DNA from: Myxococcota bacterium
Lineage (GTDB): Bacteria > Myxococcota_A > UBA796 > GCA-2862545
Length of the DNA stretch: 64,000 bases
Direction: 5' to 3'
Assembly (NCBI GenBank): GCA_039208735.1
Contig: JBCCQY010000001.1
Coordinates: 32,001 to 96,000 of the forward strand
Shown here in pieces: positions 57,035 to 64,000 of this stretch; the first letter of the stretch is position 1, and every line of letters starts with the position of its first letter. The notes under the pieces are model-generated. The model was not told where the DNA came from and searched no databases. It saw only the letters and a program-made list of their open reading frames with translations. The position numbers were made by a program, and so were the translations under genes.

Positions 57035-57096
57035 CTTGCGTATCACAAGTAGTTGGAGTAACCCCGGGGAGGCAACAACCACTTGTGAAGTGCAAG
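57035..57096. promoter_or_regulatory. Two CTTG-N7-CAAG palindromes, putative HxlR operators
   Basis: CTTGcgtatcaCAAG (57035-57049) and CTTGtgaagtgCAAG (57082-57096) in the divergent intergenic region. Confidence 0.6.
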
Positions 57097-57104
57097 GAGA
57101 ACCC

Positions 57105-57689
57105 GTGGCACAACTCGTCGTTTCTATGGTGCAGAGCGTGGATGGCTTTGTCGAAGGGCCCGGAGGCACGTTCATCGAACCCGAGTGGTCTTCGGATCTC
57201 GACGGATGGACAGGTGACATGAGCCGCCGGTTCGACACGCTGATCTACGGGCGCACCGCCTGGACGCAGATGGCCGAGTATTGGCCTGCCGCGGAGACCT
57301 CGGGGGGGCTCGAGCCAGCTATGCAACGGCTCGCCCGTTTCATGAATCGCTCCCGGAAGGTCGTGTTCTCTCATCAGCCAGTCGACATCTCCCAGTGGGA
57401 GAACACAGTTCAGGCCCCGGGTGACGTCCGCATGACGGTGTCTGGACTCCTCGCCGAAGCAGGCCGCGACCGAGACGTCGTGGTGTTCGCAGGTGCGGCT
57501 ATGGCGCAGTCCGCGTTCGCCGCGGGAGTCGTAGGTGAACTCTGGTTGCTGACGGTGCCTCGACTGGCCGGTGGTGGAAAGCGGCTCTTCAGCCACGAGG
57601 GACCCAGCGTCGATCTGGAGCGACTCGAGGTACGACCCATGGATACCGGCGCCGTTCTGACCCGGTTCGCCGTGGGGGAGGTGGCATGA
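57105..57689 (+). CDS. Dihydrofolate reductase-like / RibD C-terminal domain protein
   Basis: AAGGAG RBS then GTG; SVDGFVEGP, YGRTAW, KVVFS, GGGKRLF. Confidence 0.88.
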   Translation: MAQLVVSMVQSVDGFVEGPGGTFIEPEWSSDLDGWTGDMSRRFDTLIYGRTAWTQMAEYWPAAETSGGLEPAMQRLARFMNRSRKVVFSHQPVDISQWENTVQAPGDVRMTVSGLLAEAGRDRDVVVFAGAAMAQSAFAAGVVGELWLLTVPRLAGGGKRLFSHEGPSVDLERLEVRPMDTGAVLTRFAVGEVA

Positions 57690-58309
57690 TTCTGGTCACC
57701 GGCGTGCTCGACCTGCAACCAGGCACTCGTGATGCCTACCTTGAGGCCTCACGCCCTTACATCCGCGCCGCGCGTGCGATCAACGGCTGCACCACCTTCG
57801 TCGTCGCGGCCGATCCGATCGAAGAGAACCGTGTGATCGTGCACGAACTCTGGCGTGACCGGGGTGCATTGACCGCGTTTCGCTCGTCCGGCCCATCGGA
57901 CCAACTCTTCTCCATGATCGAGCGTGTGGATATACGGGAGATGCACGTTCAAGATCCGGCGTCTCCAGAGCGTATTCTGGCCTGGCTCGCCACCTCGGAC
58001 CTGGCCCATTCCGAAGCCTTCTACACCCGCTTCTTCGGGCGTCCACCCGACACCCGGCCGATGCACGGCCTCGTGGAGTGGATGTACGAGACCTCGGGCG
58101 GCATGCAGCTCTTTGTCTCTCCTGAGGATGCTGGACACGGCTGCGTCACGCTCCTCGTGCAGGATGTGGAGCATGAGCGGGCCCGCCTCCAGGCGGCCGG
58201 CCTCGCGCCCTCGGCCATCCAAGACGGCATGGCGAACCGCTTCGTGCAGCTCCACGATCCAGACGGGAACCGCGTGGTGCTGCATGGCTCCACCAGCTGG
58301 AAGCGCTAA
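57686..58309 (+). CDS. Antibiotic biosynthesis monooxygenase (ABM) + VOC fusion
   Basis: GC..F.VAADP....RV.V.E.W, then FYTRFFGRPPD.RPM.GLVEW...DPDGNRVV. Confidence 0.82.
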   Translation: MILVTGVLDLQPGTRDAYLEASRPYIRAARAINGCTTFVVAADPIEENRVIVHELWRDRGALTAFRSSGPSDQLFSMIERVDIREMHVQDPASPERILAWLATSDLAHSEAFYTRFFGRPPDTRPMHGLVEWMYETSGGMQLFVSPEDAGHGCVTLLVQDVEHERARLQAAGLAPSAIQDGMANRFVQLHDPDGNRVVLHGSTSWKR

Positions 58310-58371
58310 GCGCGCGAGAAGGCGCACACCAAGGCGTCCGACGCTCTTGCTGCAGCACCAGGCGGGGTCGA

Positions 58372-58602
58372 CTACTCGGAGAAGGGTACCCCGCAGCCGC
58401 AGCAGCGGTCGTTGTCCTCGTTGCCGTCAATGGCTACGCAGAACGCGTCGTTGTCCGGGCACTCGGGGCAGGCATCGGTAAAGTCACTTGAGCAGCTCGG
58501 GATTTGCACGGCTTGGCACGACCCCTCCGCCAGGCCGCCTTCCTCGCAGGCGGTCAGCCCGAGCAGCCCCATGACGAGGGCGAAGTTCGTTCGCAGGTTC
58601 AC
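58372..58602 (-). CDS. Small Cys-rich lipoprotein (76 aa)
   Basis: GGAGG RBS then GTG; lipobox LTAC; 8 further Cys. Confidence 0.7.
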   Translation of the reverse strand: MNLRTNFALVMGLLGLTACEEGGLAEGSCQAVQIPSCSSDFTDACPECPDNDAFCVAIDGNEDNDRCCGCGVPFSE

Positions 58603-58642
58603 AAGGCCTCCACCCGGTTCGACTCCCGGGATGATGGGTGTC

Positions 58643-59977
58643 TTATCGCTCGAGCTGTTGTGCGATGATCATGACCATCTCGAGGGCCTGCTCGTAGTTC
58701 AGCCTTGGGTCCACCGCACTTTGGTAGGCGCGCTCGAGGTCGGACTCCGAAAGTCCTCGGGCGCCCCCAACGCACTCCGTCACGTCGTCGCCGGTCATCT
58801 CGAAGTGAACCCCACCGAGGATCGAGCCCTGCCGGTCGTGAATCTCGAAGGCTTGCTGTAGCTCCGACAAGATGTTGTCGAACCTTCTGGTCTTGATTCC
58901 GTTTTCGAGCTTTTCGGTGTTGCCGTGCATCGGATCGCAGGTCCACAGAACCGTTCGACCCGTGGCTCGGACGGTTTCGATTAGACCAGGCAGCTCATCG
59001 GCGACCCGGTCATGGCCCAAACGATGGATGAGGGTGAGGCGGCCCGGCTCATCTTCAGGGGTGAGTGTCTCCACAAGTTGCGTCAGCCACTCCGGGTTCA
59101 TGCCGGGACCGACCTTCACCGCGACGGGATTGCGAATGCCACGGAAGTACTCGACGTGGGCCCCATCGATCTGGGCGGTGCGTTTGCCGATCCATGGGTA
59201 GTGCGTGGACAGGTTGTAGTACCCGTCTCGGCGCGGCACCCGGCGCGTCTGGGCCTGTTCATAAAGCAGGGCGAGCCCTTCGTGGCTCGTGAAGATGTCG
59301 ACCCGCTTGGCGGCGTGCAGCTGGGTTCCCGTCACGGCTTCCAAAAAGTCGATCGACGTGCGGATCTGGTTGACGATGCGTTGGTAATCTTCGCGCTTGG
59401 ACGCGTGTTCGACGAACGACAAATCCCAGTACTCGGGATGGTGGAGGTCGGCGAAGCCCCCGGCCGAAAGCGCGCGAACGAAGTTCAGGGTCAAGGCAGC
59501 GCGCTCGTATCCCCGCAACATCAGTGTGGGGTCAGGGGTCCGGTCGGAGTCGGTGAACCCCGACCGGTTCAGTAGATCTCCCCGATACGACGGCAGGGTG
59601 ACGTCGCCGCGCGTCTCGGTTCCCGCTGATCGAGGCTTGGCGTACTGGCCCGCGATGCGTCCCACCCGAATCACCGGGGTGCGCGTCGCGTAGACGAGCA
59701 CGAGGCTCATTTGGAGCAAAATCTTCAGCTTCGAGGTGATGCCATCGGGGCTGCAGTCGTCGAAGCTCTCGGCGCAATCGCCGCCTTGCAAGAGGAACGC
59801 TTCCCCCCGTGCGGCGCGGCCAAGTTGTGCCTTGAGGTCCTCGACCTCCCAAGAGGTGACCAACGGCGGGAGCCTCGAAAGCTCCTCGACCACACGCGCG
59901 GTTGCGGCTTCGTCCGGGTACGTCGGCTGCTGTTGGGCCGTTTTGGCCTGCCACGATGCGGGATGCCAGTTCGACAA
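58643..59977 (-). CDS. Class II 3-deoxy-7-phosphoheptulonate (DAHP) synthase
   Basis: QQPTYPD, LQGGDCAESF, GRIAGQYAKPRS, CDPMHGNT, DPRLNYEQ. Confidence 0.96.
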   Translation of the reverse strand: MSNWHPASWQAKTAQQQPTYPDEAATARVVEELSRLPPLVTSWEVEDLKAQLGRAARGEAFLLQGGDCAESFDDCSPDGITSKLKILLQMSLVLVYATRTPVIRVGRIAGQYAKPRSAGTETRGDVTLPSYRGDLLNRSGFTDSDRTPDPTLMLRGYERAALTLNFVRALSAGGFADLHHPEYWDLSFVEHASKREDYQRIVNQIRTSIDFLEAVTGTQLHAAKRVDIFTSHEGLALLYEQAQTRRVPRRDGYYNLSTHYPWIGKRTAQIDGAHVEYFRGIRNPVAVKVGPGMNPEWLTQLVETLTPEDEPGRLTLIHRLGHDRVADELPGLIETVRATGRTVLWTCDPMHGNTEKLENGIKTRRFDNILSELQQAFEIHDRQGSILGGVHFEMTGDDVTECVGGARGLSESDLERAYQSAVDPRLNYEQALEMVMIIAQQLER

Positions 59978-60159
59978 GAGTCACCTCGAAAACGGCCGCG
60001 GCCATGCAGAGTCGATAGCCCGGCCTCACGGATGGTCGATAGCGTTGGCGTCAACGGGTTGAGAGGTCTTGAGACGGCCTGATTTGGCCCCCCCTGGACA
60101 AGGCTGGACATTTAGCGGGGCGCCTGTGGGATAGGCAGGCCGTTCTCGATGGAGGAGCG

Positions 60160-63100
60160 ATGTTCGGGTTCGTTGGACCACTGATGTTCGGCGTTGCCGG
60201 AGCGTCTCCCGAGCGGATCCTGGACAAAGAGCAATCCAAGGTCGTTGTCGCGTACCGCCGATCGCCTACAGCGGTCACGAAACAAGCCGTCCTCGATGCG
60301 GCGACCGCGGCTCGGAGTACGTGCGAAAGCGCAATGAACGTGCCGACCGCGTCGACGGATTCGTGCAAAGCAGCCTGGGAACTGTCACAGGTGGTGTGGT
60401 CCGAAACGGACCCCGCCCGGCTCACCGACCTCGATCAACTTGGCACAGCCCACTACGTCCGTGGCGAATATGCCGAGGCAGAAGTGCTCTTTCGACAAGG
60501 CCTGGCCATCTGTGAGGGGGAGCCTGGGTGTGAGCCCGTCAAGACGGCCGAAATGCTCAACTCGGTGGGCATCGTGGTCACCTCACAGGGGCGCTACGAC
60601 GAAGCGGAGCCGCTCTATGAAGAAGCCCTTGAGATCGGGGCGCGTGAGCTGGAGCCCGACGACCCCTCGATGGTGGAGTGGACGAACAGCCTTGGGCACC
60701 TCAAGCTTCAACAGGGGCAGTACGCCGAAGCCATCACCGTGCTGAGGCGGGCGGTGAGGTTGGGCGAACAGCGGTTCGGGCCCGATTCGGAGCGGATCGG
60801 AGGGCTGCTCAACAACCTGTCGATCGCGCTTAGCCGGACGGGGAAGTTTCCCGAGGCCATCGAGGCCAATCAGCGCTCGATCGCGATCATCGAGGCGACG
60901 CAGGGATCGGAGGCGTTGCCGCTGGCTACGTTGATGAGCAACCTTGCGATTCTCTACGTTCGGAACGAACAATCGGACGAAGCGGATCGGCTCTATCGAC
61001 GTGCCATTGCCATTTCGGAGTCTGGCTACGGCCCGGACCACCCCGTCACGGCCACCCACATGACCAACCATGGCGTGCTGTTGTCGATGTTGGCGCGCTA
61101 CGACGAAGCCGAGCCGAAGCTCCGGCGCGCCTTGGCGATTCGGGAATCGGCGTTGGGCAGCGACCATCCCAGCGTCGCAGACTCCCTCGGTTCGCTCGCC
61201 GAGATGTTGCGCACGCGGGGCGACCTTCGCGAGGCAGAGGCGCTAACGCGACGCGCTCTTTCGATTGCAAAAAGCCAGCTTGGAACAGCCCATTCTAACG
61301 TTGGGCTGCTCACCAACAACCTCGGCGCATTGCTGCACGACCTCGGCGAATTCGCCGCCTCTGAGTCTGCCTACCGCGAGGCGCTTGACATCTGGATGGA
61401 CGTCTACGGGGCGGACGACTACCGAACCGCGCGCCCGCTCTCCAATCTCGCGCTTGCGCTGGCCGACAGCGGACATGCGAAAGAGGCCGTCGAGCGCCTT
61501 CACGACGCCCTTGAGATCACAGAGACGGTATTCGGTCCCGACCACCGCGACGTGGGCTTGCGTCTGGCGAACATCGCAGCCGTGCTTGCCGAGACGGAGG
61601 ACTACGAGACCTCGGTGCCCTATTTCGAACGAGCCAAGGGCATCTTTGAAGCCACCTATGGCCCAGACCATCCCGAGATCGGGACCCTGCTTTCGAACTT
61701 TGCCCTGGTGCGTGAGAAGCAGGGACGACTGGACGAAGCCCTCGACATGCACCGTCGGGCCCTCGACATCACCTTGACCGCCAAGGGGCCCGCCGACCGG
61801 GCGACTGCGATCCGGAGGAACAATTTGTCGATTGCGTTGGCTGAAGCTGGGAACCAGCGTGAAGCGCTGCAAGAGATCACGAAGGCCATTCGAAGCCTCG
61901 AACGCCGCTACGGGCCCGATTACCCCTACTTGGCCCAGTTCATGGATAGCAAGGCGATTCTTCTTGTGAATCGGGGCCGAGCCCGGCCGTCCCAGCGATG
62001 GGTCGAGCAAGCGCTGAAGGTCGAGGAAGCATCGCTGCACACCAACCTGTTTTCAGGCACCCAACGGCAACGCTGGTCGAGGCTCCAAGGAAGCACCCGT
62101 CGAGTCGACCTGGCGGTTCAGTTTGGGGTCGATGGTGGAAAGCGAGACGCCGTGTGGGCCTTTGAGACGGTGTTGCGTCGCAAGGCGCGGACGTTGGATG
62201 CTCAACACGACATGCTGGAACTGGTGCGCCGCCGCGCCGATCCTGAAGGGCTTGAACTCATCGGGGAGCTGCTGCGCAACACCCGGGCGCTCACCTCGCG
62301 ACTGACGGCAGACCCCAACGGCGACCCGGAGTCGCTCGAGGCGCTACGGCGGCGCATCGAGAGCCTCGAACGCGAGCTTGCGACGCAGTCGTTTCAGTTT
62401 CAGGGGGCAAACGCGCTGCCCACGGCGGAAGCTGTGGCGGCCACGCTGCCCCCGAACAGTGCGCTGGTCGAGTACGTGACCTATGTTCGGCGCACGCCCG
62501 AGAAACCTGCGATTCCGTCGATGGCGGCTTTCGTGGTCTACCCCGATGCGACTGTAGTGGCGCACGATCTCGGCTCCGTCCGCACTCTCGAAGCGGCGAG
62601 CGACGAGTTGCGAGAAGCTATTGAGGATCGCAAGCAACTAACGCCGTTTATCACTCCTTTGTCTCGACAGGCCGTCGCGCCGCTGCAGCTCCTCGACCTC
62701 GACCGGGTGTTCATCGCGCCGGACGGTCCGCTCTCGCTCGTGCCATTCGAGTTGTTGTTCGGCGAAGGTCCAGCCCCCCTCGTGAGCTACCACACCACGG
62801 GTCGGGACCGCCTGGGGGCTCCGTCAACCGGCGACGCGAACGCACCCCTCGTGGTGTACGACGTGGCATATGGCGAACCCTCGTCGACGCGGGTGGCTTG
62901 GTCGGCGTTGCCCGGCACCCGGTCTGAGGGGGCCGCGGTCACGCAAGTGTTGACGGACGCGCAACAGCTCGTAGGCGCCCGGGCGACTGAAGCCGCGGTG
63001 CTAGCGGTCGAGCGGCCGGGTGTGGTGCACATCGCGTCCCACGGATTCTTCTCGCAGGGGCGGACCCGCTCGCCCGCCGATTCACCCGAGCGAGGGCTTG

Positions 63101-63558
63101 ATGTGATCGGGGACGATGCCCCAGCCGTGAAGTCGAGGCCTATGGCATCGCTGAGCGGCTTGGTGCTGGCGGGGGCCAATCAGCCGGCGCAGGACCTCGA
63201 TGATGGGATTCTCACCGCCGCCGAAGTCGCGAATTGGGACCTCCGCGGAACGCGGCTCGTCACGTTGAGCGCATGCCAGACCGGAGTGGGCGACGTCCAA
63301 GCCCGTGACGGGGTCCACGGGTTGCGTCGATCCCTTCAGCTCGCAGGCGCCCGATCGTATGTGTTGTCGCTTTGGAGTGTCGACGACCAAGCCACGGCCA
63401 CCCTCATGGCGGCGTTGTACGAAGCGCTGAAGCGGGGGCAGCCGGTCGCCGAAGCGCTGGCCGATGCCAAACGAACGGTCCGTGGCGAATCGAAATGGGC
63501 TCACCCGTTCTTTTGGGCTGGCTTCACGGCCGCTGGCGATGCCATGGTCCGCCTCTGA
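60160..63558 (+). CDS. TPR-repeat + CHAT (caspase HetF-associated) protease domain protein
   Basis: About a dozen 42-aa G.DHP..A..L.NLA repeats; HIASHGFF and LSACQTG dyad motifs; SLWSVDD, HPFFWAGF. Confidence 0.92.
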   Translation: MFGFVGPLMFGVAGASPERILDKEQSKVVVAYRRSPTAVTKQAVLDAATAARSTCESAMNVPTASTDSCKAAWELSQVVWSETDPARLTDLDQLGTAHYVRGEYAEAEVLFRQGLAICEGEPGCEPVKTAEMLNSVGIVVTSQGRYDEAEPLYEEALEIGARELEPDDPSMVEWTNSLGHLKLQQGQYAEAITVLRRAVRLGEQRFGPDSERIGGLLNNLSIALSRTGKFPEAIEANQRSIAIIEATQGSEALPLATLMSNLAILYVRNEQSDEADRLYRRAIAISESGYGPDHPVTATHMTNHGVLLSMLARYDEAEPKLRRALAIRESALGSDHPSVADSLGSLAEMLRTRGDLREAEALTRRALSIAKSQLGTAHSNVGLLTNNLGALLHDLGEFAASESAYREALDIWMDVYGADDYRTARPLSNLALALADSGHAKEAVERLHDALEITETVFGPDHRDVGLRLANIAAVLAETEDYETSVPYFERAKGIFEATYGPDHPEIGTLLSNFALVREKQGRLDEALDMHRRALDITLTAKGPADRATAIRRNNLSIALAEAGNQREALQEITKAIRSLERRYGPDYPYLAQFMDSKAILLVNRGRARPSQRWVEQALKVEEASLHTNLFSGTQRQRWSRLQGSTRRVDLAVQFGVDGGKRDAVWAFETVLRRKARTLDAQHDMLELVRRRADPEGLELIGELLRNTRALTSRLTADPNGDPESLEALRRRIESLERELATQSFQFQGANALPTAEAVAATLPPNSALVEYVTYVRRTPEKPAIPSMAAFVVYPDATVVAHDLGSVRTLEAASDELREAIEDRKQLTPFITPLSRQAVAPLQLLDLDRVFIAPDGPLSLVPFELLFGEGPAPLVSYHTTGRDRLGAPSTGDANAPLVVYDVAYGEPSSTRVAWSALPGTRSEGAAVTQVLTDAQQLVGARATEAAVLAVERPGVVHIASHGFFSQGRTRSPADSPERGLDVIGDDAPAVKSRPMASLSGLVLAGANQPAQDLDDGILTAAEVANWDLRGTRLVTLSACQTGVGDVQARDGVHGLRRSLQLAGARSYVLSLWSVDDQATATLMAALYEALKRGQPVAEALADAKRTVRGESKWAHPFFWAGFTAAGDAMVRL

Positions 63559-63641
63559 CGTGAAGGGGGAACCCCGTATCGCTGCTTTGCATGGCCGCGT
63601 GAAGCCCCTCCTCGTGGATGGAAGTCAGGTTACGAGGCGGC

Positions 63642-64000
63642 GTGTCTGATCTTCCCATCCAGCAGCTCGCCACCGCCTTTGAGACCGCCCGCGAGTCAGG
63701 CCCTGTCGTCATCACGTCTCCCACAGGATCGGGAAAATCCACCCAAGTCCCCCGCTGGTGCGCATCGTACGGGCCCGTGATGGTGGTGCAGCCGCGCCGG
63801 ATTGCGTGCCGGGCACTGGCGGCTCGGGTGGCTTCACTCGAGGGAACCCCACTTGGGGACCGCGTGGGCTACGTCGTGCGGGACGAGCGCAAGGCTCATG
63901 ACGAAAGTGCCATCGTGTTCGTGACGACGGGCATCGCTCTGCGGTGGGTCCGATCGGGAGCCATCGACCGGTTTGCGACGGTCATCCTTGATGAGCTACA
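63642..64000 (+). CDS. DEAH-box ATP-dependent helicase, HrpB/HrpA-like (5' part only)
   Basis: Not in ORF track. Read by hand: LPI..., SPTGSGKST, QPRRIAC, VGYVVR, ILDEL(H). Confidence 0.88.
   Translation, partial: MSDLPIQQLATAFETARESGPVVITSPTGSGKSTQVPRWCASYGPVMVVQPRRIACRALAARVASLEGTPLGDRVGYVVRDERKAHDESAIVFVTTGIALRWVRSGAIDRFATVILDEL

Noticed and set aside
58643..59977. Class II DAHP synthase as marker of a secondary-metabolite cluster
   Set aside because: No phenazine, PKS, NRPS or chorismate-utilising genes nearby; housekeeping role is more likely.

Overview
GC-rich, gene-dense bacterial chromosome segment with about 56 genes. It is most likely from a Myxococcota-type organism (inference from a MYXO-CTERM-like tail, a DUF1501 module, Cys/Asp-repeat lipoproteins, a Hanks kinase-STAND-TPR protein and a TPR-CHAT protein). 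I saw no rRNA, tRNA, CRISPR array, prophage or intact IS. Main blocks: (1) Ser/Thr kinase-P-loop-TPR gene coupled to an FHA-winged-helix gene; (2) heme-c-fused copper monooxygenase-like protein; (3) heme lipoprotein/DUF1501/small cytochrome c operon ending in an RstAB-like two-component system; (4) frameshifted Rpn nuclease; (5) TolC-MFP-RND efflux operon with a second RstAB-like system; (6) YhaO/YhaN nuclease-ATPase pair; (7) PQQ dehydrogenase pseudogene; (8) cutinase-like lipoprotein; (9) ugd/GT2/LAB_N/methyltransferase/ArnT-like envelope cluster; (10) A/T-richer orphan with an EAD-like C-terminus; (11) acyl-CoA synthetase divergent from an AcoR-like sigma54 activator, with readable promoter and UAS; (12) Cys/Asp-repeat lipoproteins, LysR and HxlR modules, class II DAHP synthase, TPR-CHAT protease and the start of an HrpB-like helicase. 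All family calls come from motif recognition by eye; no database search was run. Start codons were adjusted from the ORF track where an RBS or signal peptide supported it.
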